DNA of 32,000 nt, from assembly GCA_041661045.1 (NCBI GenBank), contig JBAZVE010000001.1, positions 480,001 to 512,000 of the forward strand, in the 5' to 3' direction. Numbering within the stretch: the stretch's first letter is position 1; each line of letters starts with the position of its first letter. Source of the stretch: Candidatus Saccharimonadota bacterium. Lineage in GTDB: Bacteria > Patescibacteriota > Gracilibacteria > UBA1369 > 2-02-FULL-48-14. A program made the position numbers and the translations under genes. Shown here piece after piece: positions 1-9,021 of the stretch. The notes under the pieces are model-generated. The model made no database searches and was not told the origin of the DNA. It saw only the letters and a program-made list of their open reading frames with translations.

Positions 1-16
1 GTGAGGGCCACTAAGC

Positions 17-1768
17 CTAGTATAAACTTCCTCCCCATTCTACAACGGTAAAGCCATAACGATCCGGCGCGCGGTATTCGGGAGCGGGCAAGCCCGGCTC
101 GGCAGCGGGCTCATAGAACATGAAGAGCCTAATCACTTGATCGGGCTGAGGATAAATGTGCAAAGGAGCCACTTGATCCATGAGCGCATTGCCCACAAAG
201 TGGAATTCAATGTAAGGAGTCTCTACTTTTTGAAGTTCCGGCAGCCAGAATTCCATAAAGTCCGCAGTTTCTTGTGCGTTTAGGCCCATGTCCACCAAGA
301 GGGACGGCAGAGCTTTAGCCACTTCGCTCACGGCGAGGGTGAATCCTGCGTCCTGCAAGATTATTTCTTCATCCGACTGACCTTCCCAAAATAAGTAAGG
401 GTAGGTTTTCCCGTCAAAAATATTCCAGAGTTCTCCCGTCGGCTTGGCTTTTACAAACCACCCTCGAGGACCGTAAAAAGGTTCCACTTTGGTGAAGACG
501 GGGATGTCTACACGAACGCTCACTAGGGTTTCCTCCTCCGGATACAAGTAGATCACCGGCTTTCCACATTCCGCCATGGGGGCGTAAGCGGCGTTGGCAA
601 CATTGGTATAAGTTCCCGTGTCTAGCTTTATGAAAAAGAAGTCTCCGCTGTGAGCAAAAGATTCGATCGCCATTGGCTCTTCTGTACTTTTCCCTTCGTC
701 GTATTGAAGTCGAGCCTTGTAAGCGTAATAAGCGCTACTTAATGCGATGGCAAATGGGGACTCTTCGTCTAAATCTCCAGGCTCAGCGAGCCAGAATACG
801 GGCTCTCCGTCCAAGTCCCCCGCAAGCTCCAATTCTGCTTCTTGCTCAGCCGTAGGAAAGTGTTGGACAATGCAACCGCTTGCAAATCCGCAACCGCTGT
901 TGACGCTCAAGGCGTAATTCTTGGTCTCTGGGTTAAGCTTTGGCGCATTTTCATTTGGAGTGAATGAAAGTTCGGCCTGTCCCACTAGGTACTCGTCTAC
1001 TTCAAGCTGATTGAATATCTTTGGCGTGAGCTTGTACCTCGCCAAGGTGCCATCTTTATTGAGAGCGTATAGGCAATTATCGATCATGTAAAAGTGTGAA
1101 AACTCGGAACTATTGAGCTCCAGTGGCGTGATTGGCGATCTGGGATTTTCGAAGCTTTGTGCCGCAAGCATATATAAATCATTTGTTAGACTCACCTCCG
1201 TGTCTTCGTAGAGATCGAGGGTATCGGGCACTTCAAGATCTTGGATTCTTGTCTCCGTGTCTTCCTCTACCACTGGGAAAATCTCTGACCTCGCATCTTC
1301 CCACGCTCCATCGTATGCATTCTCAGATGCATTCAGTAAAACGGTCCACTCTTGAGTGCTTTCATCAACTGCAAACCGGAAAGCCGTGTCTCCGCCCATT
1401 CCACCCCCATCGTAGGGCGGGCTTGCTAATACTAAGGTTTGTCCCGCATAGGGGGCCTTAAGAATGGTTCCTATTTTCCAAGCTTTTCTTCCCTTGTCGC
1501 TGTCATCCAGTGGGTTTTCTGCGTAATAGCTTTCGTTGGCGTCCATGATTTCTGAAAGAGGAAGTTCCACAGGTTCATAGAAGTCAACTTCTGCGGAAAT
1601 GCTGTCTTCCCAGGCCACTAGACCACTGGTATCCACGGTCGGCTCCTCTTCCTCTTCTTGAGGTGCCTCTGGCTCTTCGGGTTCTGCTTCAGGATCGGGC
1701 TCTGTGGGGATGAGCTGGCATCCTACTAGGGTAAGGGCCAACAAGAAGGGTAGGGCTTTTTTAAACAT
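17..1768 (-). CDS. secreted lipoprotein, unknown function (583 aa)
   Basis: Uninterrupted ORF. The N-terminus MFKKALPFLLALTLVGC is a signal peptide with a lipobox Cys. An acidic Pro/Glu linker follows (EPDPEAEPEEPEAPQEEEEEP). The C-terminal ~180 aa start with CGKPVIYLYPEE, a segment I recall from uncharacterised bacterial proteins but cannot name. Confidence 0.7.
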   Translation of the reverse strand: MFKKALPFLLALTLVGCQLIPTEPDPEAEPEEPEAPQEEEEEPTVDTSGLVAWEDSISAEVDFYEPVELPLSEIMDANESYYAENPLDDSDKGRKAWKIGTILKAPYAGQTLVLASPPYDGGGMGGDTAFRFAVDESTQEWTVLLNASENAYDGAWEDARSEIFPVVEEDTETRIQDLEVPDTLDLYEDTEVSLTNDLYMLAAQSFENPRSPITPLELNSSEFSHFYMIDNCLYALNKDGTLARYKLTPKIFNQLEVDEYLVGQAELSFTPNENAPKLNPETKNYALSVNSGCGFASGCIVQHFPTAEQEAELELAGDLDGEPVFWLAEPGDLDEESPFAIALSSAYYAYKARLQYDEGKSTEEPMAIESFAHSGDFFFIKLDTGTYTNVANAAYAPMAECGKPVIYLYPEEETLVSVRVDIPVFTKVEPFYGPRGWFVKAKPTGELWNIFDGKTYPYLFWEGQSDEEIILQDAGFTLAVSEVAKALPSLLVDMGLNAQETADFMEFWLPELQKVETPYIEFHFVGNALMDQVAPLHIYPQPDQVIRLFMFYEPAAEPGLPAPEYRAPDRYGFTVVEWGGSLY

Positions 1769-1852
1769 AGAGAGGGGTTAGGTGCGTGCCGCTTAGATAC
1801 GCTACTTGCTTTAACGCGGGACTTGAATAGAAGTGTCCGGAAAGCGGTTGAC

Positions 1853-2100
1853 TTTTGGCTGGTTTAGTTTGTTTTGTGGCTAGCTTATGCCTGTAATGAG
1901 GTTTATTGAACTTCTTTTTTGTTCATCAGTGTGGGCGCGGACAAAAGGCTTGCTCAAGCCCTGCGGCGGCACAGGATGCTCTTGCGCACATTTTTTGGCT
2001 AAAGCAAGCCAAAAATTTCGCGGTGGCGAGTGTGCGAGTGTTGGCTTATTTTAGCCCTATTTTTTGAGTAAAAATTGAGTTCGATGGGCGTTTTTTGGCT
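1853..2100 (+). promoter_or_regulatory. repeated TTTTGGCT motif and GGCT/AGCC palindromes in the long ftsA upstream region
   Basis: TTTTGGCT occurs at 1853, 1993 and 2093. TTTTTTGGCT is identical at 1991-2000 and 2091-2100. A 9-bp inverted repeat TTTTTGGCT (1992-2000) / AGCCAAAAA (2007-2015) is present. GGCTTG-CT-CAAGCC lies at 1947-1960. The function is unknown. Confidence 0.3.
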
Positions 2101-2165
2101 TAGAAAAGCCCTTATTTTGCTTACAAAGGCTTGCGGGGGCGGAACTCTTGGTCTAAAGTCGGTTC

Positions 2166-3410
2166 ATGCCCAAGCACCGAATCATCGCCGGCCTCGATAT
2201 TGGAAACTCAAAAATTCGTGTTGCCATCGCCGTGATGGATGAAGAAAGCACCACTCCCAATGTGATTGGAGTAGGAGTGTCTCCTTCCGGTGGACTTCGA
2301 AAGGGAAATATTATTGATGTTGGAGAAACGGTTTCGAATATCGCCAGCGCCCTGGAGGACGCCGAACGAATGGCTGGAGAACCGGTGCACACCGTGTTTT
2401 TGGGAATTTCCGGTGACCATATTTCCTCCATGGACAGCAAGGGGGTTATTGCCATTTCTCACAGCGGAAATGAAATTATTGAAGACGATGTGGACCGAGT
2501 TTTGGAGGCGGCCCAAGCGGTGGCGATTCCAAACAATCGAAGAATTTTGCGTATCATCCCAAAGAGTTTTACCGTGGATGAACAGACCGGAATCAAATAT
2601 CCCGTGGGAATGACCGGAATCCGTTTGGAGGTTTTGGCTCACTTGGTGACCGGCCTCGTGCCTGCGGTTAAGAATATTGAAAAATGCGTGCATCAAGCGG
2701 GTGTGGATATCAACGATATTATTCCTTGTGGCCTTGCCGCTGCGGAATCTGTGCTCACCAAACGACAGAAAGAATTGGGTACGGTTGTGATTGATATTGG
2801 ATCCGGAGGCACGAATGTGGCCGTGTATGAAGAGGGGACCGTGTTGCACAGCGCTTCTCTTCCCGTTGGGGGAGATAATGTGACCAACGATATTGCCATT
2901 GGCCTCCGTACTTCCATCGATACGGCTGAAAAAATTAAAATTGAGTACGGTTCCTGCATCCCTGAAGATATTCATGACCGTGAAACCATCGATCTTTCTT
3001 TGCTTTCAAAAATCGACACGCAAACGGTTTCTAAGAAGCAGCTGGCTGAAATCATTCAAGCGCGATACCACGAGATCTTTATGATGGTGAAAGACGAACT
3101 TTCTAAAGTTCAAAGAGATGGGATGCTGCCGGCCGGAGCCATTTTGGCGGGTGCGGCGGTTAAAATGCCGGGCGTGATTGATCTTGCGAGAGAGGTGCTC
3201 AATCTGCCTGTGCAGATCGGATTCCCCACCAATTACGAAGGAGTTGTGGATAAAATTGAGGATCCCGCTTATGCCAGCGTGATCGGGCTTGTTATTTGGG
3301 GCTCTCGTTTTCAGGGAGATGGGTACGCCAATCGATTCAATCTTAAGAATATTTCTTTTGAAAAGGCCGGACAAAGTTTAAAGACTTGGTTCCGCGGCTT
3401 ACTCCCTTAA
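2166..3410 (+). CDS. ftsA: cell division protein FtsA
   Basis: 414-aa ORF. It has an actin/ASKHA-type N-terminus (IIAGLDIGNSKIRVAIA) and later DIGSGGTNVAVY, both typical of FtsA. It sits immediately upstream of ftsZ. Confidence 0.95.
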   Translation: MPKHRIIAGLDIGNSKIRVAIAVMDEESTTPNVIGVGVSPSGGLRKGNIIDVGETVSNIASALEDAERMAGEPVHTVFLGISGDHISSMDSKGVIAISHSGNEIIEDDVDRVLEAAQAVAIPNNRRILRIIPKSFTVDEQTGIKYPVGMTGIRLEVLAHLVTGLVPAVKNIEKCVHQAGVDINDIIPCGLAAAESVLTKRQKELGTVVIDIGSGGTNVAVYEEGTVLHSASLPVGGDNVTNDIAIGLRTSIDTAEKIKIEYGSCIPEDIHDRETIDLSLLSKIDTQTVSKKQLAEIIQARYHEIFMMVKDELSKVQRDGMLPAGAILAGAAVKMPGVIDLAREVLNLPVQIGFPTNYEGVVDKIEDPAYASVIGLVIWGSRFQGDGYANRFNLKNISFEKAGQSLKTWFRGLLP

Positions 3411-3422
3411 CCCCCTTAAGCT

Positions 3423-4640
3423 ATGGCAGCTTCTCAACAAGGCCAACAAGACGACAGCTTGAAAAATCTCTTTTCCAGCACCAGCTCAAAACGACGCAAC
3501 TTTGAAGTCACTCCAGATGTGACTCCGGTGGCGCGCATTAAAGTGATCGGTGTTGGAGGGGGAGGAGGAAACGCCCTCAACCGCATGATTCGTTCCAACA
3601 TCAAAGGAATTGATTTTATTGCGATCAACACGGATGCTCAAGCGCTCTACCACAGTGAAGCGGCCACCAAGATCAATATTGGTAAGGCCACGACTCGTGG
3701 ACTTGGCGCCGGAAGTCACCCCGATGTTGGACGACAGGCCGCCGAAGAGTCTTCCGAAGAAATCAAACAGGCGATTGATGGAGCTGAGATGGTGTTCATC
3801 ACTTGTGGACTTGGAGGAGGAACCGGAACCGGAGCCGCGCCTGTGATTGCTGAAATTGCCCGCGACCTTGGTATTTTGACCGTTGCCGTGGTAACGAAGC
3901 CGTTCTCATTCGAAGGACACCGCCGTCGAACGCAAGCGGAAGAAGGTCTTGAGAACTTGAAGAACAAGGTGGATACGCTGATCACGATTCCGAACGACAA
4001 GATTTTGTCCCTCATCGACAAAAAGACACCGCTCACCGAAGCCTTCCAAGTGGTAGATGATGTGCTCCGACAAGGCGTGCAAGGTATTTCCGATTTGATC
4101 ACCGTACATGGAATGATCAATGTGGACTTTGCCGATGTGAAAGCCATCATGGAAAATGCCGGATCCGCCCTCATGGGGATTGGATACGGAACAGGAGAAA
4201 ACCGTGCAACCGAAGCGGCCCGTGCCGCCGTGGAAAGCCCATTGCTCGAGCTCGACATTCAAGGAGCGAAGGGAATTCTGTTCAATATCACCGGAGGAAG
4301 CGATCTCTCCATGTTTGAAGTGGACGAAGCGGCTCGCATCATCACCGAAGCGGCTGATCCTGAGGCTAATATTATCTTTGGAGCCGTTATCAACGATTCT
4401 TACACCGGTGAAATTAAGATCACCGTGGTGGCTACAGGATTCGACGACATCAAACGCGGCGTTCAAATTGCACGACCTCTTGGGGAATATCGCCCCGCGA
4501 GCAGTGGCATGAACACTCCCATGCAAAAGCCTTTGAGCATGCAGGACAACCGTCCCAGCACTCCTTCTATGCCCATGGGTGAAGACACCGGAAACGAATA
4601 CGATATTCCGGCATTCATTCGACAGAAGATGCAGAAGTAA
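3423..4640 (+). CDS. ftsZ: cell division GTPase FtsZ
   Basis: Contains the tubulin signature [13 protein letters not shown], the N-terminal [11 protein letters not shown] motif, NTDAQAL, and the conserved C-terminal peptide DIPAFIRQK. Confidence 0.97.
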   Translation: MAASQQGQQDDSLKNLFSSTSSKRRNFEVTPDVTPVARIKVIGVGGGGGNALNRMIRSNIKGIDFIAINTDAQALYHSEAATKINIGKATTRGLGAGSHPDVGRQAAEESSEEIKQAIDGAEMVFITCGLGGGTGTGAAPVIAEIARDLGILTVAVVTKPFSFEGHRRRTQAEEGLENLKNKVDTLITIPNDKILSLIDKKTPLTEAFQVVDDVLRQGVQGISDLITVHGMINVDFADVKAIMENAGSALMGIGYGTGENRATEAARAAVESPLLELDIQGAKGILFNITGGSDLSMFEVDEAARIITEAADPEANIIFGAVINDSYTGEIKITVVATGFDDIKRGVQIARPLGEYRPASSGMNTPMQKPLSMQDNRPSTPSMPMGEDTGNEYDIPAFIRQKMQK

Positions 4641-4647
4641 ATTGATT

Positions 4648-4702
4648 AAAAAGACCCCCGCTCCGGCACAGATGAACTTTAGTGCCTTGCGGGGGTCTTT
4701 TT
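4648..4702. terminator. bidirectional rho-independent terminator between ftsZ and the convergent 190-aa gene
   Basis: AAAAAGACCCCCGC (4648-4661) pairs with GCGGGGGTCTTTTT (4689-4702). An inner GGCAC/GTGCC pairing lies between them. A-run and T-run flanks allow termination on both strands. Confidence 0.7.
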
Positions 4703-4720
4703 AATGGGATTTTAAGGGGA

Positions 4721-5293
4721 CTAGTAGTTTAGAACATTCCCTTCAACCATTTCCGTCCAGGTGGACCCGTACTTGAAGGCAACATTAAAGGGGTCGTCCT
4801 CTCCAGGGGTTTCATCCAAGACTGTGGCGGAGTCGATATTGACCGTCAAGGTAGCGGGCATAGTTCTGGTGAGACTCACTCTGGATGTGGTCGTCACTGT
4901 AGCGTAGGCCGTTCCGAGATCTGTACGGTCCACTACTCCTGTACCAATGGTCGTGCTTCCATTTTTCAAATAGACCGTACTTCCATCAGCGGCAGCGTCG
5001 ATGTAGGCTGGAATAGTGGTCCAAAAGTAGACCGTGAAGGTGCTTCCCGCTGGGATAGAGGCTGACCTTGTGGTGGATGCCGTCATCACCAAAACATCAT
5101 CGGAACTGCTCACTGTCCTGGATCCACTTGGACTTGAAGTGGACAGTGCGTAGTTCACGGTACCAAGCGCTGATGAAGCAGTGCTGAACTTACCTTGTAG
5201 GCTGTCGAGCCCTCCCGATGCATAAAGGCTTAGCCCCAGTACCACGAGGAGACCGAGGGCGGCAATGGAGAAAACTTTTGTTTTTGACTTCAT
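4721..5293 (-). CDS. secreted Ser/Thr-rich protein, unknown function (190 aa)
   Basis: N-terminal signal/TM segment MKSKTKVFSIAALGLLVVLGLSLYASG. It is a paralogue of the next gene, with shared LQGK/LQGR, SPSG, (L)LDE..GEDD/GVED and a C-terminal ..L.Y. Confidence 0.6.
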   Translation of the reverse strand: MKSKTKVFSIAALGLLVVLGLSLYASGGLDSLQGKFSTASSALGTVNYALSTSSPSGSRTVSSSDDVLVMTASTTRSASIPAGSTFTVYFWTTIPAYIDAAADGSTVYLKNGSTTIGTGVVDRTDLGTAYATVTTTSRVSLTRTMPATLTVNIDSATVLDETPGEDDPFNVAFKYGSTWTEMVEGNVLNY

Positions 5294-5385
5294 TTTTGTT
5301 TTTGTTAAGGGTAAAAATGAAAATCTTCGTGTTATTATAACATACTGAGCCTACTTTGGCAAGCCCCACGGGGGGGCAAATAAAA

Positions 5386-5407
5386 AGAACCCGCGTTTAG
5401 GGGTTCT
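5386..5407 (-). terminator. hairpin terminator downstream of the 178-aa lipoprotein gene
   Basis: AGAACCC (5386-5392) pairs with GGGTTCT (5401-5407). On the minus strand the stem is followed by TTTTTATTT. Confidence 0.5.
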
Positions 5408-5487
5408 CTTTACGGTTGCTTACTCCGCGGTATAGAACGGAGGGAGGCGACCATTCATTACAAAATATCTTTTGGAGTTTGTGCGGC

Positions 5488-6024
5488 TTAGTAGGTGAGT
5501 GTGCTTCCGGTGATCTTTCTTCCGTTGTGCTCCACAGTCACCACAAGGGCGTCTTCTACGCCGGCCTCTTCGTCCAAAAGCGCTGCTGTGTCGGCTACGA
5601 TTGTGAAGATTTCGGTGGTCCCCGCCTCAAAAGATAGTGGTGTGGTTGTCTTTATGAGGGCGACTCCTTCGCTCAAACGGGTGGTGTCGATTAAGCCGAA
5701 TTTTGCGGTCCCAACTGAGGCGCTCAGTCCTTTCATGTTTAGCGTTACCGGAGTTCCCACGCCTGCGCTATCCAAACTTTCGTCTGTAATGAAGTCCACA
5801 CGAAACACCGCTCCTGTGGCTATGGTGCTGTCTTCTTCAAATTCCATGGTGAACTCCATCACGGTATCCAGAGTGGAGACTGCGTGAGCTCCACTGGGGC
5901 TTCCACTTCCGAGCGTCATGCCCCAAAAATCTGTTCCCCAACGGCCCTGAAGGTCTTGCCCTGAGCAGGCTGTTGTTAGGATGGAGAGGGCGGCCAATGA
6001 GCTAAATAAGATTTTTGCGTTCAT
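5488..6024 (-). CDS. secreted lipoprotein, unknown function (178 aa), paralogue of 4721-5293
   Basis: Signal peptide plus lipobox-like MNAKILFSSLAALSILTTAC. Colinear similarity to the 190-aa neighbour. Confidence 0.6.
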   Translation of the reverse strand: MNAKILFSSLAALSILTTACSGQDLQGRWGTDFWGMTLGSGSPSGAHAVSTLDTVMEFTMEFEEDSTIATGAVFRVDFITDESLDSAGVGTPVTLNMKGLSASVGTAKFGLIDTTRLSEGVALIKTTTPLSFEAGTTEIFTIVADTAALLDEEAGVEDALVVTVEHNGRKITGSTLTY

Positions 6025-6082
6025 GGGGTGGAAGTTAAGAATGAGACAAGCTTACCGTTCTTTGTTTTTTTCTGCTAGACTA

Positions 6083-7084
6083 ATGTGGATGAATATCAGG
6101 CAACTCCAGATTGGGGACAAAGAGCGGTTCAATGCCATGGTGGCGGCGCATCCTTACGGCTCCGTTGAGCAGAGCTTTGAGTGGGGGGAGCTGCAGACTC
6201 GAATCCCCGGTCGCCCGGCTTTTTTTGTTTTTGGAGTTTTTGAAGGGGACGATTTGCGCGGCGGCATGATGGTGGTGCGGCAGGTGATGGGCATGGGGAA
6301 GACTTGGCTGTGGTGTCCGCGCGGGCCCTTGCTGCCTGCCGAGGGGAGCGAGGAGGCGTGGGAACTGCTGCAGGGGGCGGCCGAGGCGCTGGCCCGCGCC
6401 GATGGGGATGTGTTTTTGCGGATCGAGCCCGGGTATCCCGCCGAGCGAGCGCCTTTTTTTGGGGGAAAGACTTCTGCTGAGCATTATTTGCCCCAAGATT
6501 CTTTGCTTTTGGATTTGAGCCTGTCTGAGGCGGATTTACTCGCTCAAATGACTCCGAAGGGGCGCTACAACATCAAGTTGGCGGAGAAACGGGGGGTAAC
6601 GGTGCGACGGGGGCGGCCCGAAGAGGTTTCTGTTTTTTATGCGTTGTTGATGAGCACGGCCGAACGCGATGCTTTTTTTGTGCACGAAGAGGCTTTTTAT
6701 GCCGATTTTTTACGGGTTTTGGGGGATCGTGCTCATTTTTACCTCGCCTTTGCAGAGGGGGAGGCTGTTGCGGGGATGCTGGTGACGCACTTTGGCTCGG
6801 TGGCAACTTATTATTATGGGGCTTCCGGGGCTACGCATCGAGAAAAAAAGGCGCCCTACTTGTTGCAGTGGTTCGCGATGCGGGAGGCTAAAAAAGCGGA
6901 GCTTAAACTTTATGATTTTCTGGGGGTGGCGCCGGAGGGCGATGAGCGCCATGTGCTTTCGGGCGTCACACAATTTAAAACTCGCTTTGGCGGGGTGCGA
7001 GTGCAGTACACCGAGGCCAGGGTCTTTGTGTATCGGCGGCTTTGGTGGTGGATTTATCGTGTGGCGAAGGCCTTGCGCCGCTAA
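6083..7084 (+). CDS. FemAB-family aminoacyl-tRNA-dependent peptidoglycan peptidyltransferase (FemX-like)
   Basis: The N-terminus ...NIRQLQIGDKERFNAMVAAHPYGSVEQSFEWGELQ and the C-terminal KAPYLLQW...YDFLGV...GVTQFKTRFGG are typical of FemAB/lipid II peptidyltransferases. The tracked start at 5981 overlaps the opposite-strand gene, so an in-frame ATG at 6083 or 6089 is preferred. Confidence 0.85.
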   Translation: MWMNIRQLQIGDKERFNAMVAAHPYGSVEQSFEWGELQTRIPGRPAFFVFGVFEGDDLRGGMMVVRQVMGMGKTWLWCPRGPLLPAEGSEEAWELLQGAAEALARADGDVFLRIEPGYPAERAPFFGGKTSAEHYLPQDSLLLDLSLSEADLLAQMTPKGRYNIKLAEKRGVTVRRGRPEEVSVFYALLMSTAERDAFFVHEEAFYADFLRVLGDRAHFYLAFAEGEAVAGMLVTHFGSVATYYYGASGATHREKKAPYLLQWFAMREAKKAELKLYDFLGVAPEGDERHVLSGVTQFKTRFGGVRVQYTEARVFVYRRLWWWIYRVAKALRR

Positions 7085-7584
7085 ATCTGTTCTGTTGTGC
7101 TTTTTTTGCCGCGTTTTTTCTCTTCAATCTCGAAGGCGCGGTCGATGAAGAGGACGCCGTCGAGGTGGTCCACCTCATGTTGGATGATGCGAGCGTTGAA
7201 GTGTTCGAGCACCAGGGTTTGTTCTTGGTTTTTGAGGTTTTTGTAGGAAACGGTCAGGCGGGAGGCGCGGAGCACCTTGCCCCACACTCCGGGGAGGCTC
7301 AGGCAGCCCTCTTCCCCTTCTTCGGTTTCCTCCGATCGCTCAAGAATTTCCGGATTGATGATGGGGAAGATGATTTCGTTTTTCTCTCCGGGGTTGAGGC
7401 GCACGATGGCCATGCGAATGTTGCGCCCGCATTGAGGCGCGGCGATGCCCACTCCGTTTTCTTTCCACATGGTTTTGGTCATTTCATCCGCGAACTTGCG
7501 GATGTCCGCTGTGATCTGGCGGATGGGGGTGGAAACCGTGCGAAGAATGGTATTGTCTGTTCCTTTTTCTACGGGGATAGCCAT
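7081..7584 (-). CDS. def: peptide deformylase
   Basis: All three deformylase motifs are present: GIAAPQ, EGCLSLPG and HEVDHLDG. Its stop codon overlaps the FemAB-family gene's stop codon (7081-7084). Confidence 0.95.
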   Translation of the reverse strand: MAIPVEKGTDNTILRTVSTPIRQITADIRKFADEMTKTMWKENGVGIAAPQCGRNIRMAIVRLNPGEKNEIIFPIINPEILERSEETEEGEEGCLSLPGVWGKVLRASRLTVSYKNLKNQEQTLVLEHFNARIIQHEVDHLDGVLFIDRAFEIEEKKRGKKSTTEQI

Positions 7585-7586
7585 GA

Positions 7587-8669
7587 TTACTGTGATTTTA
7601 GACTGGCTTCAATGAATTCGTCCAGCTCTCCGTTCAAAACTTTGTCCACCTGGCTGGTCTCGTGATCGGTACGGTGGTCTTTTACCATTTGGTACGGCTG
7701 CAAAACATAGGAGCGGATTTGGTTGCCCCAGGAATGCTGCACATGATCGCCGCGGATTTCTTGAATGGTGCTCAAATGGTTTTGTTCTTGCAGTGCGAGC
7801 AGTTTGGTTTTGAGCACTTTGAGTGCGTTTTCGCGGTTTTGAACCTGACTGCGTTCGGTTTGGCAGGCTACGCTGAGGCCTGAAGGAAGGTGGGTGACGC
7901 GGGCGGCGGTGCTGGTTTTGTTCACATTCTGCCCTCCGGCGCCACCGGCACGGAAAAAGTCCCATTCCAAGTCGTCTTCCTTTATTTCCAGTTCCACTTC
8001 ATCCAGATCCGGCACCACTTCCACCATGGCGAAAGAAGTTTCGCGGCTTTGCTTGGCGTTGAAAGGGGAGAGGCGAACTAGGCGATGCACCCCGTGTTCG
8101 TGCTTGAGGTAGCCGTAGGCGTAGGCGCCGTCTACTCGAAAAGAGGCGCTTTTGATTCCCGCTTCTTCGGCGGGAGAGAGGTCCAGTTGAGTGGCTTTCC
8201 AGCCACGGGCTTCGCAGTACCGTAAATACATTCGCATGAGCATTTCGGCAAAATCTTGCGCGTCCACGCCCCCGGTTCCCGCGTGAAAAGAGAGGATGGC
8301 GTTTTCCGCATCGTATGGGCCGCTGAGGTAGAGCTCAATGCTCAGGTGTCCGTGCAGCTTTTCGGCTTCAGCGGTGTCTTTTTCAATCTGATTCACGGTT
8401 TCTTTGTCGGACTCCTCCACCATACTGGTGAGGTCCAAAAGATTCTGAGCGTCGTGCTCCAATTTTTCCCAGGACCCGATGGTTTCACGGATCAGCCCTG
8501 CCTCTTTGGATATTTTTTGCGCATGAGCTTGATCGCTCCAAAAATCGGGTGCGGCCATTTCCGCTTCCAGAGTGGAGAGCGCGGATTTCTTTGCAGGCAA
8601 ATCCAAATGTTTGAGGGATTTCTTCACCTCATCTTGGAGCAGTAGCAGTCTATCTTTGATTTCTTGCAT
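7587..8669 (-). CDS. prfB: peptide chain release factor 2
   Basis: Has the GGQ motif (AGGAGGQNVNK) and the RF2-specific SPF tripeptide (RLSPFNAKQ). It is a single uninterrupted 360-aa frame. It ends 2 nt before the def start. Confidence 0.95.
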   Translation of the reverse strand: MQEIKDRLLLLQDEVKKSLKHLDLPAKKSALSTLEAEMAAPDFWSDQAHAQKISKEAGLIRETIGSWEKLEHDAQNLLDLTSMVEESDKETVNQIEKDTAEAEKLHGHLSIELYLSGPYDAENAILSFHAGTGGVDAQDFAEMLMRMYLRYCEARGWKATQLDLSPAEEAGIKSASFRVDGAYAYGYLKHEHGVHRLVRLSPFNAKQSRETSFAMVEVVPDLDEVELEIKEDDLEWDFFRAGGAGGQNVNKTSTAARVTHLPSGLSVACQTERSQVQNRENALKVLKTKLLALQEQNHLSTIQEIRGDHVQHSWGNQIRSYVLQPYQMVKDHRTDHETSQVDKVLNGELDEFIEASLKSQ

Positions 8670-8676
8670 GGGGGAG

Positions 8677-9021
8677 TTAGAAGCCGAATACTTGAAGAAA
8701 TTTTGGTTTTGCTTTTTTTAGGACCTCCTTTTTTAGAAGACCTAATTCGCCCAAAACAATTCCTTTGCTCAGGGTTGCGAGCTTATCGAAACGAATGGTC
8801 GAGTCCACTTTCAGCCCTGTTTCCTTAAAATATTTCTCGTTGGTTTTGAGCGTCCAATGCCCCTTGGCGTCCGCTTCACTCCCTCGAGAAGTGACGAAGG
8901 CCACAATGATATCTTTTGCCCCCGCTTCCGCATCGGAAAGGATTAGGGCGGGGCGAACCTTGGTCGAAGTTAAATCTGTAAAAGGGAATGGCACCAGAAC
9001 GATGGCTCCGAATTTAAACAT
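8677..9021 (-). CDS. PemK/MazF-family type II toxin (mRNA interferase)
   Basis: 114 aa. The N-terminus FGAIVLVPFPFTDLTSTKVRPALILSD and ...IVAFVTS... match the MazF/PemK SH3-like fold signature. It overlaps the upstream antitoxin ORF by 8 nt. Confidence 0.8.
   Translation of the reverse strand: MFKFGAIVLVPFPFTDLTSTKVRPALILSDAEAGAKDIIVAFVTSRGSEADAKGHWTLKTNEKYFKETGLKVDSTIRFDKLATLSKGIVLGELGLLKKEVLKKAKPKFLQVFGF

Noticed and set aside
2208-4526. Several 180-255-aa minus-strand ORFs (2208-2975, 3716-4258, 3906-4526)
   Set aside because: They are antisense shadows of ftsA and ftsZ, whose identity is unambiguous.
5981-6082. N-terminal extension of the FemAB-family ORF
   Set aside because: It overlaps the start of the opposite-strand lipoprotein gene. 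The family-typical sequence begins only at MWMNIRQ (6083/6089).
7042-7665. 207-aa plus-strand ORF
   Set aside because: It is antisense to def and the prfB 3' end, both of which carry diagnostic motifs.
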